DNA of 64,000 nt from Phycisphaerae bacterium (GTDB lineage: Bacteria; Planctomycetota; Phycisphaerae; UBA1845): the NCBI GenBank assembly GCA_963666835.2, contig CAXXGO010000001.1:2016001-2080000 (forward strand), read 5' to 3'. The position numbers were made by a program, and so were the translations under genes. Numbering within the stretch: the first letter of the stretch is position 1; each line of letters begins with the position of its first letter. Below, piece by piece: positions 21,007 through 29,266 of the stretch. The notes under the pieces were generated by a model. The model was not told the origin of the DNA and searched no databases. It saw nothing but the letters and a program-made list of their open reading frames with translations.

Positions 21007-24000
21007 CTACTGACCGCCCCGCAACTTCGGCCGATCGAGGTTCGGGCGGCGTAGCCATCGCGGTCCCGCATCGAACAGAAAGTCGGTCATGGCTTCGATA
21101 GCCCCCTGGCCGTCGTCCAACAGTTCGGGGTCACGAAGCCGTGCGGCCAACGGAGCCCGATCGGCAGGTGACCAACCGACGAACGGGCTGCTTACATCAT
21201 CTCCAAAGAGGTCGGGCATGTAGGTGTACTCCACTATATGCCCGGGGCGCTCCAGCCATTTGTAGACCCACTCACGCCGCAGGCGGCGGTACAACGGCTG
21301 CAAGTCGGGGGCCATACGATGCACGGTCTCAGCCGGGATTTCCGGATCCACAAACGCGTGGCAAGCCGTGCATGCCAGGGATGCGAAGAGTATCTCACCA
21401 TCCCGTATTCTGTCTGCGGTCGTTCCGGGCGAGGGCACGTCCATGGCCGGAAAACTCACGTCGTACAGCCGTCGAAGACCTTCGGCCTTAGCAACAAGGC
21501 GCCGATCGTCTGAGGTGAGTGACTTTGTATTGTCAGCCGGATCGATCAGGAGGTTGGCCGTCGCATAATCCCGAATCTCACTCAGTGCCGCCGCGAACGA
21601 CCCCATGTCCCGCCCGATGTTTGTGTCCGCGCGGTCTCCTTCCTCTATCACCTTCAGACGGTCCGCCAGCCAGCGAGATTCATCCTGCCCCAAGCCGACG
21701 AAGAACCGCATCAATCGCAGCCGGTCTTCTCTTTCGAGGTGAAAATTCGGCATTCGGGCGGATAGCCAGGGTCTGATAGTAACGGCCTCGTCCAGGAAAC
21801 CGTACAGCCACGAACTCTGCAGCTTGGCTCCCACACCGCGAAGTGACGGGGGTACGTCATCGAACTCGCGCAGATCGTTCGGCGCGACAGGAGAATACTG
21901 GCGAATCACCGCGACGTTACCGTCGATCTCGTGGCAGCCGACGCAGTTCAGCTTGCGGACCATGTCGCGGCCGTCGGCGAGCATGCCGGCGCAGGTGCCG
22001 TCATAGTCGATTAGCAGCTTACGGCTGACCCGCGGCGTGCGCCGAGATAGCAGGTACGTCACCAAAGCGTCCACGTCCGGCGAAGCCAAGTACAGATTCG
22101 GCATCTTGGTCTTTTCGTACGGGGCCTTGGCCATCATCCGGTCCCAAATGCGCGGGTTGAGCAACTTGTGACGGGCGAACGACGCCCGGTCACGCGATAC
22201 TTTCGCCGGCGGGTTTGTTCCGCCCGCTCGGGGGATCAACCGATCCGCGTCCTTCGGGTAGACGTTTTCGAAGGTGCCCGGGTGGGCACGCCGCACGGGG
22301 TCGTGTCCGGGTTCGAAGTACCCGAAGAACAGGCGCGAGATCGACTTTTCACCCCAGTCGTTCAAATCGGGCCCGGGACGCGGCGTGTCTTCGAAACCGG
22401 GAATGCGGTGGCAGGCAGAGCAGCCGTAGTGCCCGATGAGCTTACTGCCCAGCAACACCCGGCCGCGCTGCTCGGCTGACAGCCGTGTTGCCATACTCCT
22501 AACACGGTCCTCTCCCAAAGATGCTCCCAGCCGAACGACCAGCGCTTCCGTGAGCTGCGGGGCGCCGGCTGCGGAGTCTCCCGGGCGGACCCGGCCGCCG
22601 AGCATGTTTGATAGGAGCTCCTCGCTTATTTCCTGTTCGGCGATGGTATTACCGGCATCGTCCGGGGCGGGGCGGTAGTCATCGAGGGAACTCAAATACT
22701 CTGCAACGTGAGCCGCCTCTTCAGGAGAAAGACGCGGGTTTGGCATTCGTGTATCGGGTGCATGTCGATCGGGGGCCGTCAGCCAGGAGAAAAGCCACGC
22801 GCGGGACGCCTTCGAGCCGACCCGGGAGAGTTCGGGGGCGTAGCGCGTGAAGATCCTTATGTCTGCTCGCTTAGTTGGATGCGTCCGCAACGGCGCGGGT
22901 TCGAAAATCGTGTCGGTTTCGTCAGGATACGTCCGCATCGCATCGCGCACGCGGTCTTCGTAGCGCCAGATGTCGTATTCCCTCGCGGCTGATCCTCTGC
23001 CGCCGCCGGAAACGCCTTGGCGCCTGACATACCACTGTCTTCCGAACTCTGCGATACTGCCGTGACAGCCGAGGCATCCGACTGATCGGAACAGGGCCTG
23101 TCCCCAGGATGCTTTGCCGACGACCCCGACCGGCGGCGTACGCATCTCGGCAGGTTCGGATACCGCAAACAGACATTCCACAATGGCCGCGACCTCCGCC
23201 TCCACCCGCATCTTAGGATGAGGATCGAGCGCATCGGCCGACTCCGCCCGGTTGTTCTCCTGATCGAAGAAATGCGGCATTCGTGTCGATGGCCGGAACT
23301 CTTGAGGGGTCAACACCCATGACTTGACGAACTCGGGAGTCGTTTTGGTGGCTAACCTCGTCAGGTCGGGGCCGACCCGGTCAGCTTCGAGCGTATCGTC
23401 CAGCAAGTGGCAGTTTTTGCATCCGAGCCGGGAGGCAAGATGCCGTCCGCGATCCAGGTATACGCCGTGCCCGGTTGCGCCAAACCGGGAGACATCGGAT
23501 ACCCGTGTGTGGCATCCTGCGCAACCGGCTTCCACGTGGCGCAACGGGAGCATCGTCTGATCCCAGCTCCGTGAGACCTGCTCGAACGTGCTTGTCGCGC
23601 TTCCCAGCCGCACCCCACCGTACCTTCCTTGCCATTGCTTCGCCTGTTCCGGGTCGTTCGGCCGATGGGCGGCGAGTATGAAATCCGTCTCCTGAGGATT
23701 CCCGCCGTGGCAGGCGGTGCAGCCCATCGAACTCAGCGGGTGGGCCGAACTTCCGGACACGAATACGCCGAGGTCCGAATGGGCTGTGAACGGCTTGGTA
23801 AACGAAATAGGGTGGCGATCCTCAATGGCCAGATACGTGTTGGCAACGTCGAGTAGTCGTCCGAGGTAAAACGCGCGGGTGCTTTCGTCCAACTCGTACC
23901 AATGCTCCGTAACCTGCCCGATCGGGGGTGCCTCGCCGTCAGGATCCTGGTTTATGGGAGGCGCGGGGTATCCGATCCGTGAGCGACCGGTCCGCTCCAG

Positions 24001-24468
24001 GGCGTTGTTGATCGCCGGAAGCGCATCTTCCAGGAGCCCGGAAAGGCCGGCCGCGGTCAACCGCTGATCTGCAATTGAGACGTGACAGGTCGTGCAGCGC
24101 TCGGTCGTAGGTGCATCGTGCGCGCCGAGCCGTTGCCGCACGTCGGGGAGGATCACCTGCTTGATTTCATGGCGACCCGGGACCCCTCTTGGGGATACGA
24201 AGTCGACTATCGGGAGATTAAGCGCCGAGGAGGGCGAAGCGGGGTCAAGCGAAGGTGCTCCGCCCTCAGTATGCTGTGCACTGGCGAGTTTGCTCAGATG
24301 GGCAAGAGCGGCCTGATTCGCGTGGTTCTGGTTCTGCAGTTCTCGCCAGGGGCGATCAAAGTCTACCCAGACTGCCCAAACCACTGATACAACCAAGGCA
24401 AGCGCACCGGTGACGAACCACCAATGCAGCTTCTGTGGATCAAAGCATCTGTCGCGCGGAATCGCCAT
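21007..24468 (-). CDS. Membrane-anchored multiheme c-type cytochrome (8 CxxCH)
   Basis: CTTCH, CTACH, CAGCH, CKNCH, CLGCH, CSACH, CVGCH and CTACH; repeated GPDL/APEL...MP class I cytochrome motifs; N-terminal TM. Start moved to 24468 because the longer ORF overlaps the tRNA. Confidence 0.88.
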   Translation of the reverse strand: MAIPRDRCFDPQKLHWWFVTGALALVVSVVWAVWVDFDRPWRELQNQNHANQAALAHLSKLASAQHTEGGAPSLDPASPSSALNLPIVDFVSPRGVPGRHEIKQVILPDVRQRLGAHDAPTTERCTTCHVSIADQRLTAAGLSGLLEDALPAINNALERTGRSRIGYPAPPINQDPDGEAPPIGQVTEHWYELDESTRAFYLGRLLDVANTYLAIEDRHPISFTKPFTAHSDLGVFVSGSSAHPLSSMGCTACHGGNPQETDFILAAHRPNDPEQAKQWQGRYGGVRLGSATSTFEQVSRSWDQTMLPLRHVEAGCAGCHTRVSDVSRFGATGHGVYLDRGRHLASRLGCKNCHLLDDTLEADRVGPDLTRLATKTTPEFVKSWVLTPQEFRPSTRMPHFFDQENNRAESADALDPHPKMRVEAEVAAIVECLFAVSEPAEMRTPPVGVVGKASWGQALFRSVGCLGCHGSIAEFGRQWYVRRQGVSGGGRGSAAREYDIWRYEDRVRDAMRTYPDETDTIFEPAPLRTHPTKRADIRIFTRYAPELSRVGSKASRAWLFSWLTAPDRHAPDTRMPNPRLSPEEAAHVAEYLSSLDDYRPAPDDAGNTIAEQEISEELLSNMLGGRVRPGDSAAGAPQLTEALVVRLGASLGEDRVRSMATRLSAEQRGRVLLGSKLIGHYGCSACHRIPGFEDTPRPGPDLNDWGEKSISRLFFGYFEPGHDPVRRAHPGTFENVYPKDADRLIPRAGGTNPPAKVSRDRASFARHKLLNPRIWDRMMAKAPYEKTKMPNLYLASPDVDALVTYLLSRRTPRVSRKLLIDYDGTCAGMLADGRDMVRKLNCVGCHEIDGNVAVIRQYSPVAPNDLREFDDVPPSLRGVGAKLQSSWLYGFLDEAVTIRPWLSARMPNFHLEREDRLRLMRFFVGLGQDESRWLADRLKVIEEGDRADTNIGRDMGSFAAALSEIRDYATANLLIDPADNTKSLTSDDRRLVAKAEGLRRLYDVSFPAMDVPSPGTTADRIRDGEILFASLACTACHAFVDPEIPAETVHRMAPDLQPLYRRLRREWVYKWLERPGHIVEYTYMPDLFGDDVSSPFVGWSPADRAPLAARLRDPELLDDGQGAIEAMTDFLFDAGPRWLRRPNLDRPKLRGGQ

Positions 24469-24478
24469 ATCGTGCGAA

Positions 24479-24565
24479 CGGAGCGGGAGGGATTCGAACC
24501 CTCGGTACAGTTTCCCGTACACCGCATTTCCAGTGCGGTCCCTTCAGCCGCTCGGACACCGCTCC
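24479..24565 (-). tRNA. tRNA-Ser(GGA), CCA not encoded
   Basis: GGAGCGG...CCGCTCC-G acceptor stem, anticodon arm CCGCA-CTGGAAA-TGCGG, long variable arm GTAC-GGGAAACT-GTAC, T loop GTTCGAATC. Confidence 0.96.
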
Positions 24566-24919
24566 TATTGGGCCTCACACCGCCATCGCCGCTGCAAGAC
24601 GCCTTCAGCCTACCGCAAACACCGGCTCCACGCCAGACGTTCGAATGCGAAACCTCCGCAGGCTTTCACTGGGTTCGGACATACGCATGCCTGAGGATGA
24701 TTGGCCCCGCCGGCTGACCAGCCCGGATTGTCCATCTGCAAGGCAATGTAGCGCCAGGGCTTGTCCCCGGCGTGAGAGCTCGCGGTGTTGCAGTGACGCC
24801 ACCCGCTAACAGCGGCGCTGCAGTGGGTTCCGCGCGTTTGTGCGAAAGCCGTGACTAGGTCGGGCTAGGGGGACGAGGCCCGGCGCCAATGGGATGGGCG
24901 GGATACGCGATCGGACGGT

Positions 24920-25294
24920 CTACGCGAACGAAAGAGACTCGCGGACTTCCGCGACGAGCTGGGATGCCGAGAGCGGCTTGGACATCACTGACAACGCTCC
25001 AAGCTCCTTGGCGCGATCAATCGTATCGTTGTCGCAGTAGGCAGTCTGGATGATGATGGCCGTGTTGGCCAGACGCGGGATGAAGCGGATCATCTCCAGG
25101 ATCGCGAAGCCGTTCATGTCCGGCATCATGATATCGAGGAGAACCAAGTCAACGCGATGGCTCATCAGAAGCGACATCGCATCTGGTCCGGAGGCGGCTC
25201 GGATTACCCGGAATTCATCCGAAGGCAGGGCGTCCTCGATCAGATCGAGGTTGTCGTGGTTGTCATCGACTGCTAGAACCAGACTGACCGACAT
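24920..25294 (-). CDS. Single-domain response regulator (CheY-like)
   Basis: AVDD, LLDIMMPDMNG, QTA and SKP receiver motifs. Confidence 0.92.
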   Translation of the reverse strand: MSVSLVLAVDDNHDNLDLIEDALPSDEFRVIRAASGPDAMSLLMSHRVDLVLLDIMMPDMNGFAILEMIRFIPRLANTAIIIQTAYCDNDTIDRAKELGALSVMSKPLSASQLVAEVRESLSFA

Positions 25295-26015
25295 GCGTTA
25301 GCCACTCCCTTCTAGTCCAATCTACAATACGCTTGCCAGAACTCGCCACTGCTCCGGCCGACCGGCCATACAGTTATCTGACCTTGGTGCCGGAGCAGTT
25401 GCCGGTTCCTCGAACGACGCGTGACCGGCACCGGGTAATTCCGACCGGATTCCGTTCCCGCTCCCGGGCAGGTTGCGACGGGCCGAATCCCTGATAGAAG
25501 CTCACGCAATGTCGTCTCACGCCGCAAGTGAATCTATCGTCGTTCTAGCCCCGCGCGGCCACTGCTCGCCGGTGCGGCCAACCATGTCACCAGAAGTACA
25601 CCCCCTTGTGTTTCAGTTGATGCGATGTCTCGGGACCAAGTCTGTGGGAGTGAGCGACGGCCGCCGTTCCGATAAACTGGCGGATGTGGGAACAAGTCGT
25701 CTTCCGACCGGGTTTGCGGCCGATGCGTGCTTTGTCTGACGGGACCTCACCCGCTGCCTCGCGTCTCGGAGCGACAACATCCGACAGGGTCTGGTTTGGG
25801 CTTCACCGCGGCCGGGCCTATCATGAAAAGGCGGGCCGGCAGGAGAGAGCGTCCGTTACCCAGGCGTTCGCCGAGGCTTCGAAGCTCAAGGAGAGGAGAC
25901 TGCGGCGAGACCGTCGGGGATCGGAGTAGCTGGATGGTCGTATCTTCTCGTCGCTCAGGTCCCGGATGCGTGTTCGGTCGCCTGATAAAGCCGGACGGGC
26001 CCGTGTCAGTCGTGA

Positions 26016-26044
26016 TTGCAACGGCGTTTGACATGTATCATAAT
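26016..26044 (+). promoter_or_regulatory. Sigma70-type promoter for the S9 peptidase
   Basis: TTGCAA-N17-CATAAT, about 140 bp upstream of the start. Confidence 0.5.
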
Positions 26045-26182
26045 CGTCGTGGTCCTGAGGCGCATAGGGGTTAATCCCTGTCGTTGGCGTTCCGAAGGAA
26101 CCGATTCGGAAAGCCCGCGGCAATTGCTTGTGGCCGGCCTGTTTCGCATGCTCCTTGAACTTGGGGCGGGAGGTGTTTACGG

Positions 26183-28132
26183 ATGAGGATCACTTTGCTG
26201 CTATGTCTGCTCTCGTCGTGGATTGCGAGCCAACCGGCCGATGCCGGGGCCGATCTACCGCCGCTCATACCCCGCGAGGTGCTCTTCGGTAACCCGGACA
26301 AGGTCAGCCCGGAGGTCTCCCCGGATGGAACGCGGCTGTCCTATCTGGCTCCGGATCACGGCGTGCTCAACGTGTGGGTCCGGACCATCGGGGCGGAGGA
26401 CGATCGTCCGGTTACCGACGATCGAGGCCGGGGCATTCGTGCATACTTCTGGGCCCGGAACAGCAAGCAGATTGTCTATGTCCAGGATACTGATGGCGAT
26501 GAGAACTGGCATGTATTCACAACCAACCTGGACACGGACGAACGGCGAGATCTTACGCCGTTCAAGAACGTGGCCGCGTGGGTAATCGCGGTCGAGCCTG
26601 AGTTCCCGGACGAGATTCTGGTTGCCATCAACAAACGATCTCCGGAATACCACGATGTTTTCCGAGCGAACCTGGTCACGGGAGAACTGACTCTCGAAGT
26701 GCAAAACAGCCGCGGGTTTGTTGATTGGATGGCGGATCGGAATCTCCACGTTCGCGGTGCTGTACGGGTGGGACGCGACGGCGGAGCTGCTCTGATGGTG
26801 CGCGACACGATCGACAGTCCCTGGCGGACCCTGACTACGTGGGATCCGGAGAATGCGCTGGGTTGCGGCCCGCTCGGGTTCACTCCGGACGGCAAGGGAC
26901 TGTATTTGATAAGCAGTACCGGCAGCAACACGGCCGAGTTGCGCGAGATCGACATTGCCACCGGACGGGAGAAGGTGCTGGCCGGTGACAGCAATACGGA
27001 TGTCGCCGGGGTGTTAATGCATCCGCAACTGCGGACGATCCAGGCGGTTGCGTTCGTGAAGGAACGCATGAGCTGGCAGGTGTTGGACCCGTCAATTACC
27101 GACGATTTTTCCGCGATCGGGGGCATCAGGCGAGGCGATTTCGGTCTGATCAACCGCGACTACGCGGACCGGATCTGGCTGGTCTACTTCGTCACGGACG
27201 ACGGCCCGGTCTACTACTATGTTTACGATCGCAAATCAAAGACCGCGAGATTCCTATTCACTCATCGCCAAGCTGTGGAGGAACTTCAACTGGCGCAGAT
27301 GGCTCCGATCAAGTTCGAGAGTCGCGACGGGTTGACGATCCACGGATATCTGACAACGCCTCCCGGGCTTGCGCCGAAGAACCTGCCCTTGGTTCTCAAT
27401 GTTCACGGGGGACCTTGGCACCGCGACACCTGGGGCTGCCATTCGGAAGTGCAATGGCTGGCCAACCGTGGGTACGCGGTGCTCCAGGTCAATTTCCGCG
27501 GCTCGACCGGTTACGGAAAGCGATTTCTAAATGCCGGCAACCGCGAGTGGGGCGGCAAGATGCACGACGATTTGATCGACGGCGTCAACTGGGCCGTTCA
27601 GCAGGGCGTGGCCGACCCGGAACGCATCGCTATCTACGGCGGTTCCTACGGTGGCTACGCCGCCCTGGTTGGTCTGACGTTTACGCCGGAGGTCTTCTGT
27701 TGCGGAGTGGATATCGTCGGCCCCAGCAATCTGGTAACGTGGATGAAGACGGTCCCTCCGTATTGGAAGCCGTTCGAGCCGATGCTCTTTCAAAGGGTCG
27801 GACATCCTCAGGAAGACGCCGAGTTTCTCAGGTCACGTTCGCCGTTGTTCAAAGTCGACCAGATAACCAGTCCGCTGTTGATTGCGCAAGGAGCCAACGA
27901 TCCGCGGATCAGGGCTGCCGAATCGCGCCAAATGGTCGATAAGCTCCGCGAATTGGGCAAGGATGTGGAGTACGTCGAGTACGAGGACGAAGGGCACGGT
28001 TTCGCCCGCCCGGAGAACCGCCTCGACTTCTACGCCCGTGCTGAGAAGTTCCTGGCCAAGCACTTGGGCGGTAGGTTCGAGCCGATCGAGTCGATCCCGC
28101 TCAAGCCGCCTCCACCACCGCGTGTACATTGA
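26183..28132 (+). CDS. S9 family peptidase (dipeptidyl/acylaminoacyl peptidase)
   Basis: VHGGPW, NFRGSTGYG, GGSYGG nucleophile, GANDPR and DEGHGF motifs; signal peptide; GGAGG SD. Confidence 0.95.
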   Translation: MRITLLLCLLSSWIASQPADAGADLPPLIPREVLFGNPDKVSPEVSPDGTRLSYLAPDHGVLNVWVRTIGAEDDRPVTDDRGRGIRAYFWARNSKQIVYVQDTDGDENWHVFTTNLDTDERRDLTPFKNVAAWVIAVEPEFPDEILVAINKRSPEYHDVFRANLVTGELTLEVQNSRGFVDWMADRNLHVRGAVRVGRDGGAALMVRDTIDSPWRTLTTWDPENALGCGPLGFTPDGKGLYLISSTGSNTAELREIDIATGREKVLAGDSNTDVAGVLMHPQLRTIQAVAFVKERMSWQVLDPSITDDFSAIGGIRRGDFGLINRDYADRIWLVYFVTDDGPVYYYVYDRKSKTARFLFTHRQAVEELQLAQMAPIKFESRDGLTIHGYLTTPPGLAPKNLPLVLNVHGGPWHRDTWGCHSEVQWLANRGYAVLQVNFRGSTGYGKRFLNAGNREWGGKMHDDLIDGVNWAVQQGVADPERIAIYGGSYGGYAALVGLTFTPEVFCCGVDIVGPSNLVTWMKTVPPYWKPFEPMLFQRVGHPQEDAEFLRSRSPLFKVDQITSPLLIAQGANDPRIRAAESRQMVDKLRELGKDVEYVEYEDEGHGFARPENRLDFYARAEKFLAKHLGGRFEPIESIPLKPPPPPRVH

Positions 28133-28239
28133 ATGGGCGGCATGCTGCCGTACCGCCGGCCGGTGACCTGCGGATAGGCTGATTGCTTATCGCCGGGCCT
28201 TTCTGGGCGATTGTCGGCCCCTGCGCGAGAGGGTTTAGG

Positions 28240-28923
28240 TCAATCGGTAGATTGTTGATCGGGCATCCCCGTGAGTTGGTATCTGGCGACCCAGTAGTAG
28301 GGCAGTTCGGTGAATTCGAGGTTGCTGCCATAACCGTCGATGGTCTTCGCGAATGTCGCGGCATTCGGGAAGTTCTTGAGCACTTCATGTTCTGATCCGT
28401 CCGACAGCCGCCGCACCTGGTATGTGTTCCCATCGCCGTCGGTCCGGCTGACGCGCGTGTTGCTACCTTTGACATAGCGGTTGTCCAACACGAAGACCGT
28501 TGCTCCGACTGCAAGTTTCCCGTGCAGTACGCGCAGGAACCGTGGCAAATCAATTTGGGCAACGTGGGACCACCAGAACGCCATCAACCCGGCGGAAAAC
28601 TCCCCCGATACTCCCTCAAGCGTGTAGGCATCTGATTTGATGAAATCGGTGGGGCAGCGGCCGAAGTCCCTGCGCCGGGCGATGTCGAGAACCTCGTCGT
28701 TGCAGTCGACGGCAACGATCGATCGCGCGCTTAACGCGGCAATCTGTGTCCAATACCCCGTGCCGCACGCGATTTCGAGAACATCAAGATCCGTGAAACA
28801 CTCCGACAGCATGCTCTCCAATCGGCGCAAGTCGTCCTGTCGCTCGGGCTTCGAGTAGATCCGCTCAAACTCCGTTGCTCGCCTAGCGTAATATTGGACC
28901 ATGTCGTCGCGACGTTCGAACAT
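28240..28923 (-). CDS. Class I SAM-dependent methyltransferase
   Basis: YYARRATE, VLEIACGTGYWT and FWWSHV motifs. Confidence 0.88.
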   Translation of the reverse strand: MFERRDDMVQYYARRATEFERIYSKPERQDDLRRLESMLSECFTDLDVLEIACGTGYWTQIAALSARSIVAVDCNDEVLDIARRRDFGRCPTDFIKSDAYTLEGVSGEFSAGLMAFWWSHVAQIDLPRFLRVLHGKLAVGATVFVLDNRYVKGSNTRVSRTDGDGNTYQVRRLSDGSEHEVLKNFPNAATFAKTIDGYGSNLEFTELPYYWVARYQLTGMPDQQSTD

Positions 28924-29179
28924 GTTACTCCATTTGTTAAATCAGCAGCTCTGACCGGTTCCTACGTCTCCTGGCAACGGCGAACGGCGACGGATCTTCT
29001 GTCAGGGATCGTGTGTGCTTCTCGTTGCTTCGGTAAGCCGACAGTCCCTGACACTATCGTACTCACTGTCGACGGCAAAACGCAATAGACGAGGTTCTGT
29101 CCCCTGTCCCCGTGCCAATGCGTAAAGGTCTCGCCGCCGCATGGGGTCAGCGATCGGTGAGTGATCCGAATTCGGCGCA

Positions 29180-29217
29180 GAAGAAGAAGGGCCGCCCGCG
29201 CGCCGGCGGACGGCCCT
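29180..29217 (-). terminator. Probable intrinsic terminator downstream of the M43 protease
   Basis: AGGGCCG...CGGCCCT stem followed on the minus strand by TTCTTCTTCT. Confidence 0.5.
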
Positions 29218-29266
29218 GAAAAAGCCTTGCGTTTAGACTTCACCCTTAGAACGGATCGCTATCGCC

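Noticed and set aside
24469..24522. N-terminal extension of the cytochrome ORF to 24522
   Set aside because: It overlaps the well-formed tRNA-Ser. ATG 24468 gives a normal N-terminus before the TM helix.
24479..24565. tRNA-Ser as an island integration site
   Set aside because: No duplicated tRNA 3' end or integrase was found, and the flanking genes look like host backbone.
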